Origin: Halobacteriales archaeon QS_8_69_26 | Lineage (GTDB): Archaea; Halobacteriota; Halobacteria; Halobacteriales; SW-7-71-33 | NCBI GenBank assembly: GCA_003023195.1 | Contig: PXRX01000001.1 | Location: 768-64,767, forward strand | Length of the DNA stretch: 64,000 nucleotides | Reading direction: 5' to 3' | Shown: positions 51,805-60,827 of the stretch, in pieces | Numbering within the stretch: the first letter of the stretch is position 1 | Layout of the letters: each line of letters starts with the position of its first letter | Notes under the pieces: generated by a model | Database searches by the model: none | Told to the model about the DNA's origin: nothing | The model's input: the letters and a program-made list of their open reading frames with translations, nothing else | Translations under genes and position numbers: made by a program

Positions 51805-54800
51805 ATGAATATGACGACTGAAACACGCAAGAAGATCAAGTCACTGTTCCTGTCGTGGCTGATGGTCATGTCGGTAACTGCGGGCGTAGCGGCCTTCTCC
51901 GGTGGCGCCGGCGCGGCGCCGTCGGACGGCCTGTCCGCGGCGGACCCCGTCGCGTCCAGCGTGGACGACGGCGGCGTCACCGCGGCCTCGCTGTCCCCGC
52001 CATCGGGCGTCGGCTCTGACGATACGCCCTCGGACACCGTCGTCCCCGGCGAGCGGACGACGGTCGCCGACGTCACGTTCTCGACCTCAGGCAACGTGAG
52101 TAGCGTCTCCGTCAATCTCGCGGCCGGTACCGAAGCGGCGAACATCACGGCGGACGACGTCGACAACGTCAACGTCACGCTGTTCAGCGACACCTCCGGT
52201 GAGCTGGCGTCCAGCGGTGACGTGAGCTACGACGCCCTGGTGACGACGGTCGACTTCAGCAACGACAGCGCTGCCGTCGCCGGCAACGTTACCGGCGTCG
52301 ACAGGGTCGTGATCCGGGCCGAGACCAACGAGTTCAACGCCGAGAACGGCGACGTCATCGACGCCGCGTTCAATACCACGGACGCCGCCGGCGACGACGC
52401 TTCGTTCAGCACTGCCGAGAACCAGACCATCGAGACCGACACCGACGCTCGGCTCCGTGGCGAGGTCGTCTGGCAGAACGGTTCGCCCGCCGACAACGTC
52501 ACGATCCAGATCGTCGACACGGACACGGGCAACGTCCTGATCGACGACATCGTGACGAACGGCTTCGACACGAACCAGCCCGGCGTCTGGTCCCCCCAGA
52601 CCCGCTCGCCCGGCAACTACACGGTCGAGCTCGACGACACCGGGGGGACGGTGAGCGGCCTCCTCGGTTCGGTCCAGGTCTTCTCGACGCGCGTCGAACT
52701 CGAGCGTGGCGAGACGGAGAAGATAGAAACCGTCCTCGACCCGCTCGAACAGGTCGGCCCCCTCGAATGTGAGGGCGTCGTCGCCTTCGCGGGCGAGGAA
52801 GGGACCCTCACCATCACTGCAGAGAACGAGGAGAACAGCCTCCTCCAGGGCGCTTCGGTCCAGGCCGTCGGCAAGGACGGCTCCGAAGCGGTGACCCTGC
52901 TCAACAACGTCACCAAGACGACGGACGCGAACGGGCAGGTCACCTACAACGCGACCGCCAACATCACCGCCTCGGCGACGTTCACCTTCGAGGTCTCCAG
53001 CGGTGGCGACACCGGGACCGTCGAGTGTAGCGCGGTCTTCGTCCAGAACGGCGAGGGCCAGATCACCGGCGACGTGCGCGACGAGGCGACGACCGACCCC
53101 ATCGAGGACGCCCGCGTCTGGGCGGTCCTCGCGAGTAGCTACGTCCAGAACGAGCGCTACACCCGGATCAACCTCTCCGCGGTGTACGACAACCTCGGCG
53201 TGACCGGCGACAACCGGGACGACGTCGTCTGGATCCGCCTGGTCGACAGTGACACCGGCGAGATCGTCGACAACGACGACTACGACGTCCGCAACGAGGA
53301 GTTCAACCGGACCAACGACGGCAACACGAGCGTGACCGCGGGCGAGGGCGGATTCAACCCCGAGAACGACACCGGCGTCCGGCTCGTCGAGGACTTCAAC
53401 GTCACGAACGCCAGCGAGGGCGAGGGCTTCGCGGTCGTCGACCTCGACGGTGACGGCCTGGTGGCGTTCAACCACACCCGCATCGCGCCCGAGGACTACT
53501 ACGTGCAGATCTCGCTGGACGCGCCCAACGCCTCGCGCAACGACGGCGTCGACCGGCAGAAGCAACAGCTCCCCGAGGACGACGACCAGGTCACCCAGCC
53601 CTGGCCCGGCGACGAGTGGCGGAACGTCACGAGCGTCGACGCCAACGGCACGGTGACCTCCAGTACGGCTGCTGCCACCTCGAGTCCGGTCGGGAGTGGC
53701 AGCATCGTCGCGGAGTTCGAGCCGCCGGCGAACCTGACCATGGCCCAGACCGCGCGTCTGGCCGACCTGGCGGACTCGAACCTGGTGGACGCGCCCGGCT
53801 TCGAGAACAGCTGGGGCGAGAACACCGCCGGGACCGACGTGAACGGTGACTTCGAGCTGAGCAAGCTCTTCACCAACTTCCAGGACGGCCGCGCGTACGT
53901 GGTCATCGCCGAGAAGGCCGGCTACTCGACGGACTTCCACGACGCGTTCGTCCGCGAGGACGGTACCCTCCGGCTCGGCGACAGCGAGGAGGTCGAGTCG
54001 TTCAACCTCCTGCCCGAGCCGCCCGAGCCCGGCCAGGTGAACATCACCCAGGTCGGGACCCACCCGGACGCGGCGTTCAACGAGAGCCTCGTCACCCGGT
54101 TCGACGAGGTCAACGAGAACCCCGGTGACGACATCTTCCAGCGGATCCCCCGTGACGGGCGGACCATCGACGTCATCCAGGTGACGACCAAGACCGAGGA
54201 CGGCAGCCTGGAAGTCGGTGGGAACGTCACGGTGACCTTCGACGAGTACCCCGGCGAGGACCCGTTCTCGCCGACGGTCGTCGGCGTGGTCAACGGCACG
54301 TTCGAGAGCCAGACCGGGCCCAGCGGGAACAGCATCAAGATCAACACCGGCGACGGCGTCGAGAACGGCACGGCGCTGCTGCTGGTCCAGACGGACCTGG
54401 ACTCCGAGAGTTCGCGCGTCAACAAGACCGCCGAACTCGAGGCCGACCCCTCGCGGGACCACTCGAACGCCACGTTCGTCGGCGTCATCCAGTTCCGGGA
54501 GGCATCCATCTCCGGGAAGGTGACCGACACCGACGACGACCGCATCGAGGACGCGGCGGTGTGGGCCAACCAGTTCTCGTTCGGCCCGAACTTCGCAGTG
54601 CGCATCCGGCCCACTGCGGGTGACAACGCGGACGCGGTTGACGAGGACTCGGACACGTTCAACGTGACGATCTACCGCGACGTGGACGCCGACATCGACC
54701 TGGAGCCCCAGGAGAGCGCCATCGTGACGGCGGGAGGACTGCGCTCGTTCACGTTCTCGCAATTCGACTCGATCGACAACGTGAACAACACGCAGTTCCG

Positions 54801-55482
54801 GCTGTACGACCGGACCGAGGACACGCAGGGGTCGTACACGCTGGACCCGGTGCCGGCGGTGAACAACTCGTTCGTGGAGACGGACTACCGGATCCGCGGG
54901 ATCAAGCTCGACGAGCCCAACAAGGACGAAGTGTCCAACGACGGGCTGGCGTCGGTCTTCCCGCTGACGACCGACGACGCCAACGTCGTGATCCCGATCA
55001 ACATCACGCAGTCGAACTTCGAGGTGTCGAACCTGTCGGCCCCGTCCGCGGCGAGCCCCGGTGACAACATCACCGTGACCGCCGACGTCACCAACACTGG
55101 CGGGCTGGACAGCCAGGAGGTCGTCTTCCGGCTGGACGCCAACCAGAACGGTGACTTCACGGACTCGGCTGACGTCGAGCTGTCGGCCGGGACGGTGCAG
55201 CTGGACAACGGCGAGACCAAGCAGGTGTCCGTCGAGGTGACGGTGCCGGACGTGAACGGCACGTTCGAGCACGGCCTGTTCAGCGAGGACACCGCCGCGA
55301 CCGACACCATCGAGATCAGCAGTGACGGCGGAAACGGGACCGTCGTCGAGCAGTACGACGCGAACGACGACGGCGACATCAGCACCGACGAGCTGAACGC
55401 CGCCATCCAGGACTGGGGTGCCGGCGACCTGGAGACCGACGAGCTCAACCAGGTCATCCAGGCCTGGGCGGCCAGCAGCTAA
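51805..55482 (+). CDS. Giant secreted glycoprotein (1225 aa) with a CARDB-like module and a C-terminal dockerin/EF-hand-like motif, and no membrane anchor
   Basis: The signal peptide is MNMTTETRKKIKSLFLSWLMVMSVTAGVAAFSGGAGA. I counted about 40 N-x-S/T sequons by hand. A penultimate CARDB-like domain (PGDNITVTADVTNTGG...) is present. The last 42 aa are YDANDDGDISTDELNAAIQDWGAGDLETDELNQVIQAWAASS. There is no PGF-CTERM or terminal TM helix. Confidence 0.85.
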   Translation: MNMTTETRKKIKSLFLSWLMVMSVTAGVAAFSGGAGAAPSDGLSAADPVASSVDDGGVTAASLSPPSGVGSDDTPSDTVVPGERTTVADVTFSTSGNVSSVSVNLAAGTEAANITADDVDNVNVTLFSDTSGELASSGDVSYDALVTTVDFSNDSAAVAGNVTGVDRVVIRAETNEFNAENGDVIDAAFNTTDAAGDDASFSTAENQTIETDTDARLRGEVVWQNGSPADNVTIQIVDTDTGNVLIDDIVTNGFDTNQPGVWSPQTRSPGNYTVELDDTGGTVSGLLGSVQVFSTRVELERGETEKIETVLDPLEQVGPLECEGVVAFAGEEGTLTITAENEENSLLQGASVQAVGKDGSEAVTLLNNVTKTTDANGQVTYNATANITASATFTFEVSSGGDTGTVECSAVFVQNGEGQITGDVRDEATTDPIEDARVWAVLASSYVQNERYTRINLSAVYDNLGVTGDNRDDVVWIRLVDSDTGEIVDNDDYDVRNEEFNRTNDGNTSVTAGEGGFNPENDTGVRLVEDFNVTNASEGEGFAVVDLDGDGLVAFNHTRIAPEDYYVQISLDAPNASRNDGVDRQKQQLPEDDDQVTQPWPGDEWRNVTSVDANGTVTSSTAAATSSPVGSGSIVAEFEPPANLTMAQTARLADLADSNLVDAPGFENSWGENTAGTDVNGDFELSKLFTNFQDGRAYVVIAEKAGYSTDFHDAFVREDGTLRLGDSEEVESFNLLPEPPEPGQVNITQVGTHPDAAFNESLVTRFDEVNENPGDDIFQRIPRDGRTIDVIQVTTKTEDGSLEVGGNVTVTFDEYPGEDPFSPTVVGVVNGTFESQTGPSGNSIKINTGDGVENGTALLLVQTDLDSESSRVNKTAELEADPSRDHSNATFVGVIQFREASISGKVTDTDDDRIEDAAVWANQFSFGPNFAVRIRPTAGDNADAVDEDSDTFNVTIYRDVDADIDLEPQESAIVTAGGLRSFTFSQFDSIDNVNNTQFRLYDRTEDTQGSYTLDPVPAVNNSFVETDYRIRGIKLDEPNKDEVSNDGLASVFPLTTDDANVVIPINITQSNFEVSNLSAPSAASPGDNITVTADVTNTGGLDSQEVVFRLDANQNGDFTDSADVELSAGTVQLDNGETKQVSVEVTVPDVNGTFEHGLFSEDTAATDTIEISSDGGNGTVVEQYDANDDGDISTDELNAAIQDWGAGDLETDELNQVIQAWAASS

Positions 55483-55535
55483 CGGTCCCGGTCGCCGACG
55501 CCCTTCCGACTACGGATCGCGCACGTCACGCGCCT

Positions 55536-55552
55536 TCTTCCATTTATTTTTC
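55536..55552 (+). terminator. Oligo-T tract downstream of the giant glycoprotein gene
   Basis: cttcttccatttatttttc lies 55-70 nt after the stop codon. Archaeal intrinsic terminators are oligo-T runs. There is no experimental support here. Confidence 0.4.
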
Positions 55553-55997
55553 GGCCAGCGGCCGCACCGGCCTCCGGTCGTGAGTCCGACCGACGGCGTC
55601 CGAGGACGGTCCGTGCGACGGCCGGTCGGAGTGGCCCCGGACCGGCCACGGGGTACCTCTCGGGTCGGAAGACGTGATTCCAAACCAGCACATCCCGGTT
55701 TATACGTCCCGGTCGGTCAGGATACGGAGTGAAAAGCGCCGGGGCTCGCGTCCGGCCGACCGCCCGGCCTCGGCGAGCGACCGAACACCCAGAACCGCAC
55801 GGTGTAACCGGGATTTCGGTCCGTCGGGTGGATCGTGCGACCGTCGTGCGCACGGTCGAACTCGGGGAAGGAAGACGACACATTACACAAAGCATTTACC
55901 ATATGGTTTCGAGGATGGGAATGATGGTACCTGTCCCGATGTTTACCGTACCTTTCGCGGTAGCATCGAGGCAGGTGCCTACACGCAAAACAAAGCT

Positions 55998-58900
55998 ATG
56001 ACAGGGATACAGACAGACAAGCTACGTAGCGTATTCCTCGCTGCGCTGATGGTGTTGTCGGTTGCTGCTGTCGCCTCGCCGGCGGCGGCCCAGCCGATCG
56101 ATTCTGCCGACCGGACGGTTGACCAGACGGAGGTCAACGCCGGCGGCAGTACGACGGTAACACTGACGGTCGAAGTCGGGGAAGACGCAGACTCAATCTC
56201 GATCCAGGATTCGTTCGATCCTGAGTTCGCCGAGGTATCGAATCTGAACGTGGAGTTCCAGAACGGTGACGGCAGCACGGTGTTCACTAACGCGGAAAAC
56301 GGTAGTGTGACCGTCGCTGCGTCGGCCGACGCGGGCACGACTATCGTCGTGACCTACGACGTCACCGTGGTCGACGAGGCGCCCGCCACCCACACGATTT
56401 CCGGTGAGGTCGTCTCCGGTGACCAGACGGTGACGCCGACCGGCGACACCGAGGTTAACGTCGTCGAGCAGGTCGGCCCGTCGATCACGTTCGACGGCCA
56501 GACCAGCGCCGGCAGTAGCGTCAACGTCGCCAGCTACAACCTCGGCGACAATGGCTCGACCGTCGCCGTCTGGTCGACCGACGACGCGGGTAACCCCGAC
56601 GAGGTCCTGGGCTCGGTTAGCCCCTCCTCGTCGAGCGGTAGCCTGAACGTCGCGCTGAACCAGCAGATCAGCGGCACCCAGACCCTGGTCGCGGCCGTCC
56701 ACAGCGGCGACACTTCGACTGAAATCCTCGCCAGTGACACCGCCGAGGTGACCGTCGAGACTCCGCCCGGTGACGCGGAAGTCGTCGACGGCGGGACCTT
56801 CTTCGTCGGTCAGGTCCTCTACACGAACGCGTACGACACGGGCGACCAGGTCGTCCTCCGTGACGGCGACGGTACCTTCCAGAGTGACGTGCCCGTCGAA
56901 GACGGGACCGTCACGCTGCGTACCGCCAACCGTAACGAGGGCATCTTCCAGCTGACCAGCCCGACCGGTCCGACCATCGAGTTCGAACTGGTCGAGCAGG
57001 ACTACGACATCTCGCCGAGTGAGGTGGAGGTCACGAACGAGGGCGACGGTGCTGCCGCCGAGATCACCGTCGCGTCCAACCGCGGCACGTACACCCACGT
57101 GCTCTCCTCGGAGAGCCTCAGTGCCTCGGACCTCCAGAGCGTGCTGGGCACCGGTACGATCGGCCCCGAGGGCGAGACGCTCCTCGTCTCCGGGACTGTC
57201 GACCAGACGCTCGCCGCAGACTTCACCGGCGTCCCCGCCGGCGACTACCAGATCGACTTCGGCGTCACCGACACGACGGCCAGCGACACCGTCAACGTCT
57301 CCGTCGAGGCGGCCGCTCCCGGCCAGGTGACGTTCGACTCCGACACGAAGGTCATCCAGGAGCAGCTGGGCGACCGGGCGCGGATCCCGCTCAGCTTCCA
57401 GAACTCCGACACTGCCCAGCTCGAGCTCGGCAGTGACGACCTGCGCTGGCGCGTCTCGCTGACGGTCACCGACGCGGACGACGACGGCTCCGCGACGGTG
57501 CTCGTCAACACGGACAACATCCGCCAGACCGGGACCGTGTTCGCCGCCGCTGGCGACGACACGGTCTCGAACGTCGAGGTCCTGACGGGCGGGCAGTTCA
57601 CGAGCCCCGACCGCAGGATCGCCGCGACCGCCTACCCGATGAGCGTGTCCGTCAACGGTGACGAGACCGACGTCGCCACGCTCTCGCTGCAGGACCCGTC
57701 CCAGGTCGAGCGCTCGCTCAGCGTCTCGCGCGCCCGGGCCGGGCTCTCGTTCGAGGACGCGCTCGCCAACCAGGAGGAATCCAGCACCGTCGCATCGAGC
57801 GACTGGGTGGTCATGGAACTCCAGGCCGCGGGCATCTTCGGTTACATCGGTGAGGACGCCGCTGCGGACCTCGCCGCGGGCGAGGACGGCGTCTCGCTGA
57901 GCATCAGCGAGACCTCGCTCGATCGCAACGAGGAAGGCGACAGCGTCGACCCGTCGGTCTTCGTGACCAGCGTCGACGAGGCGAGCAACACGATCACGCT
58001 GGCCGCCAAGGTCAACGAGGCTAACGGCTTCGAGATCGGCGAGACCTACCGCGCCACCTTCCAGGTCGCGGAGGCCAACCCCTACGTCGACGCGGCGGTG
58101 ACGCGCTCGGTCCAGTTCACGACCGCGCCGCGTGCCGTCTCGATCGACTTCGCGGGCGACCGGCTCCGCGTCCAGCAGGCGGCCAGCCAGACCATCTCCG
58201 GTAGCACCACGATGGCGACCGGCACGCAGGTGACGGTCACCATCCGGTCGACCGGTGAGAGCGTCGAGGGCGGTCAGCCCTTCCTCCGCTCGAAGACCAC
58301 GACGGTCCAGAACGGTGCCTGGAGCGTCGACTTCGACTTCGGAGACATCCCGCCCGGCCAGACCTTCACCGTGGCCGTGCGGTCCGCGGGTGCCAGTGAC
58401 GACGCTGCGGGCGTCGTCACCCAGGCCGCCTCCGTCTCGATGAGCAGCCAGATCTCCCAGAACGGTCAGGTCCTGCTCGTGGACAGCGTCTTCCTGCCCA
58501 ACGCCGGGTTCGTGACCATCCACGACGAGACCCTCCAAGACGGTGAGACTCTGGGCAGCGTCCTGGGCACCTCGCGGTACCTGCCGCCGGGCTCCCACGA
58601 GGACGTCCGCGTGACCCTCGACGAACCGATCGAGGAGACGCAGAACGTCATCGCCATGGCCCACCAGGACACCAACGGTAACGCCGTCTACGACTTCGTC
58701 GACCAGGAAGGCGGCGCAGACGGGCCGTACACCCTGGGTGGCGAGGCCGTGACGGACGACGCCCAGGTCCAGATCCCGACGGAGGAGACGCCGACGGCCA
58801 CGCCGACGGCCACGCCGACCGACACCCCGACCGACACGCCGACGGCCACGCCGACGGCCACGCCGACCGAGACCCCGACCGAGACCCCGACCGAGACCCC

Positions 58901-59006
58901 GACCGACGGGGACGGCGACGGTGACGGTGCGCCCGGCTTCGGCCTCGGCATCGCAGTCCTCGCGCTGCTGGCTGCTGCGCTGCTGGCAGCCCGCCGCCGC
59001 GAGTAA
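55998..59006 (+). CDS. PGF-CTERM-anchored surface (S-layer-like) glycoprotein, 1002 aa
   Basis: Start re-picked at ATG 55998 (MTGIQTDKLRSVFLAALMVLSVAAVASPAAAQP). The C-terminus has a Thr/Pro-rich linker (PTATPTATPTDTPTDTPTATPTATPTETPTETPTETPT) followed by DGDGDGDGAPGFGLGIAVLALLAAALLAARRRE. This is the PGF motif, a hydrophobic helix and a basic tail. I found only about 3 N-glycosylation sequons. Confidence 0.88.
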   Translation: MTGIQTDKLRSVFLAALMVLSVAAVASPAAAQPIDSADRTVDQTEVNAGGSTTVTLTVEVGEDADSISIQDSFDPEFAEVSNLNVEFQNGDGSTVFTNAENGSVTVAASADAGTTIVVTYDVTVVDEAPATHTISGEVVSGDQTVTPTGDTEVNVVEQVGPSITFDGQTSAGSSVNVASYNLGDNGSTVAVWSTDDAGNPDEVLGSVSPSSSSGSLNVALNQQISGTQTLVAAVHSGDTSTEILASDTAEVTVETPPGDAEVVDGGTFFVGQVLYTNAYDTGDQVVLRDGDGTFQSDVPVEDGTVTLRTANRNEGIFQLTSPTGPTIEFELVEQDYDISPSEVEVTNEGDGAAAEITVASNRGTYTHVLSSESLSASDLQSVLGTGTIGPEGETLLVSGTVDQTLAADFTGVPAGDYQIDFGVTDTTASDTVNVSVEAAAPGQVTFDSDTKVIQEQLGDRARIPLSFQNSDTAQLELGSDDLRWRVSLTVTDADDDGSATVLVNTDNIRQTGTVFAAAGDDTVSNVEVLTGGQFTSPDRRIAATAYPMSVSVNGDETDVATLSLQDPSQVERSLSVSRARAGLSFEDALANQEESSTVASSDWVVMELQAAGIFGYIGEDAAADLAAGEDGVSLSISETSLDRNEEGDSVDPSVFVTSVDEASNTITLAAKVNEANGFEIGETYRATFQVAEANPYVDAAVTRSVQFTTAPRAVSIDFAGDRLRVQQAASQTISGSTTMATGTQVTVTIRSTGESVEGGQPFLRSKTTTVQNGAWSVDFDFGDIPPGQTFTVAVRSAGASDDAAGVVTQAASVSMSSQISQNGQVLLVDSVFLPNAGFVTIHDETLQDGETLGSVLGTSRYLPPGSHEDVRVTLDEPIEETQNVIAMAHQDTNGNAVYDFVDQEGGADGPYTLGGEAVTDDAQVQIPTEETPTATPTATPTDTPTDTPTATPTATPTETPTETPTETPTDGDGDGDGAPGFGLGIAVLALLAAALLAARRRE

Positions 59007-59022
59007 CGACGGCTAGCTAACC

Positions 59023-59060
59023 ACCGGACTTCGTCCGGTTTCGACCTGCGGTTTCTTTTA
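59023..59060 (+). terminator. Hairpin plus T-runs after the PGF-CTERM gene
   Basis: ACCGGAC-ttc-GTCCGGT (59023-59039) is followed by ttcgacctgcggtttctttta. Confidence 0.4.
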
Positions 59061-59134
59061 TCGGACTGTGCGCCAGCGGCGGCACCGCGTCGCTCCCGGA
59101 GGGTTTATTCCCCGTCCCGATAGATCCCTGGGGC

Positions 59135-60733
59135 GTGTCCGACCGACGCAGTTTCCCGTGGGCGGCGCTATCCCGCCGGTTCGGGGTCGACCCACGCGCC
59201 CTGGCGACCCTGCGGGTCGCGGTCGGAACGTTGATCCTCGCCGATCTCGCGCTCCGTTCGCAGAGCCTCGTTGCGTTCTACACCGACGCCGGGGTGTTGC
59301 CCAGGGCGGCCCTGCGCGACTCGTACCCGGGGATCGCGCGGCTCTCCCTGCACGCCCTCTCGGGATCCCTCGCGTTCGAGGCGGCACTGTTCGCGGTCGC
59401 CGGGGTCGCCGCGGTGGCGCTGGCCGCCGGCTACCGGACCCGGCTCGCGACGGTCCTCTCGCTGGTGCTGCTGGCGTCGCTCCACGCCCGCAATCCACTG
59501 GTCCTGAACGCGGGCGACGCCGTGCTCCGGCGGTTGCTCCTGTGGGGTGCGTTCCTCCCGCTGGGCGAGGTGTGGTCGGTGGACGCGCTCCGGGGACGGA
59601 CGTCCAACGGTCGCGTGCGGGCGGACGGCTCCGGGGACCCGGACGGTGACGCCGATCCGGACGGACGGTGGACGGAGCGGCGCGTGGCGACCCTGGCCTC
59701 GGCGGGACTGCTCTGTCAGGTGGTCGTCGTCTACCTCGCCAACGCGGTCTTCAAGCTCGGGTCGGACGCCTGGACCGAGGGCGTCGCGCTCCGGTACGTG
59801 TTCGGGCTGGACCGGATCACCGTCGGTCCGGGCGACGCCCTGGCCGGGCACCCCGAGTTGCTGGCCGTGCTGGGGGTCGCATGGCTCGCGTTGCTCGTTT
59901 CCTCGGTCGGTCTGGTGGCCCTGACCGGGCGGGCCCGGACGGCCCTCGTGTGCCTCTTCGCCGGCGCCCACCTGGCGATGGCGCTGACCATGGCCCTCGG
60001 CCTGTTCCCGCTCGTCTCGGTCGCCGCCCTGCTCCCCTTTCTGCCGCCGGCGGTCTGGGACCGGGCAGAGCGGGTGGGCCGACGGCTCCGGTCCCGGGCG
60101 AACGGGGAACTCCCCGGCGCGCCCCGCCTCGGTCGGCTGGTCGACCGCCTGGCGACGGGTGACGGACCGCGGGTGCGACAGGCGCGCGCCCCGGACCCGA
60201 CGCCCGGACCGACCGATCGATACGGGCCAGCCCTCGACCGGTGGCGGGGACGGATCGCCAGGGCAGTCGTCGCCGTCCTCCTGGTCTCGATGCTCCTCTG
60301 GAACGGGGCGACGCTCGGGTACGTCGACGCCCCGGACGCGGTCGAGGCGACCGTCGACCCGGAGGAGCGGCGATGGGACATGTTCGCCGAACCCTGGCGG
60401 TACGGCGGGTGGTACGTCGCGTCCGCCGAGACGGCGTCCGGACGGGAGGTGGACGCCATGTACGGTGGGAGCGTCGACTGGGACCGCCCGCCGGAGGTGG
60501 CCGAGGCGTACCCCACACACCGGTGGCGGATGTACCTGGTCGACCTCCTGCGGTCCGGAAACGCCGACCTGCGTCCCCACCTCGCCGCCTACCTCTGCCG
60601 GGACTGGAACGGGAGTCACGAGGAGGGACTACGGTCGGTCTCGCTGTACTTCGTCGAACTGCACACCCGGTTCGACGGACCCGACGAGGCCCGGCGCCGA
60701 CACCTCCTCGACCACCGGTGTTCGGGGCGATAG
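59135..60733 (+). CDS. HTTM domain (vitamin K-dependent gamma-carboxylase-like) integral membrane protein
   Basis: 532 aa with a GTG start. The N-terminal ~300 aa match the HTTM pattern as I remember it: DPRALATLRVAVGTLILADLALR, FYTDAGVLP, RNPLVLNAGDAVLRRLLLWGAFLPLGEVWSVDAL, plus further TM helices. The C-terminal ~200 aa are soluble. Confidence 0.78.
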   Translation: MSDRRSFPWAALSRRFGVDPRALATLRVAVGTLILADLALRSQSLVAFYTDAGVLPRAALRDSYPGIARLSLHALSGSLAFEAALFAVAGVAAVALAAGYRTRLATVLSLVLLASLHARNPLVLNAGDAVLRRLLLWGAFLPLGEVWSVDALRGRTSNGRVRADGSGDPDGDADPDGRWTERRVATLASAGLLCQVVVVYLANAVFKLGSDAWTEGVALRYVFGLDRITVGPGDALAGHPELLAVLGVAWLALLVSSVGLVALTGRARTALVCLFAGAHLAMALTMALGLFPLVSVAALLPFLPPAVWDRAERVGRRLRSRANGELPGAPRLGRLVDRLATGDGPRVRQARAPDPTPGPTDRYGPALDRWRGRIARAVVAVLLVSMLLWNGATLGYVDAPDAVEATVDPEERRWDMFAEPWRYGGWYVASAETASGREVDAMYGGSVDWDRPPEVAEAYPTHRWRMYLVDLLRSGNADLRPHLAAYLCRDWNGSHEEGLRSVSLYFVELHTRFDGPDEARRRHLLDHRCSGR

Positions 60734-60827
60734 CGGCGTGGATCGACCGCGTTCGCAGTCACGCGACGACGGGATCGACTGGCGTTCGGGGCGGTAGCGG
60801 CGGGGCTCGCCGCGTGAAACAAAGTAT

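Noticed and set aside
52087-55272. 1061-aa minus-strand ORF opposite the giant glycoprotein gene
   Set aside because: Its composition is Arg/Val/Gly/Asp-rich with no motifs. The plus-strand frame has a signal peptide, sequons and recognisable domains, so this is an antisense artefact.
56193-58664. 823-aa minus-strand ORF opposite the PGF-CTERM glycoprotein gene
   Set aside because: Same reasoning as above. The plus-strand frame ends in a canonical PGF-CTERM signal, and the minus-strand frame is low-complexity Arg/Gly/Val.
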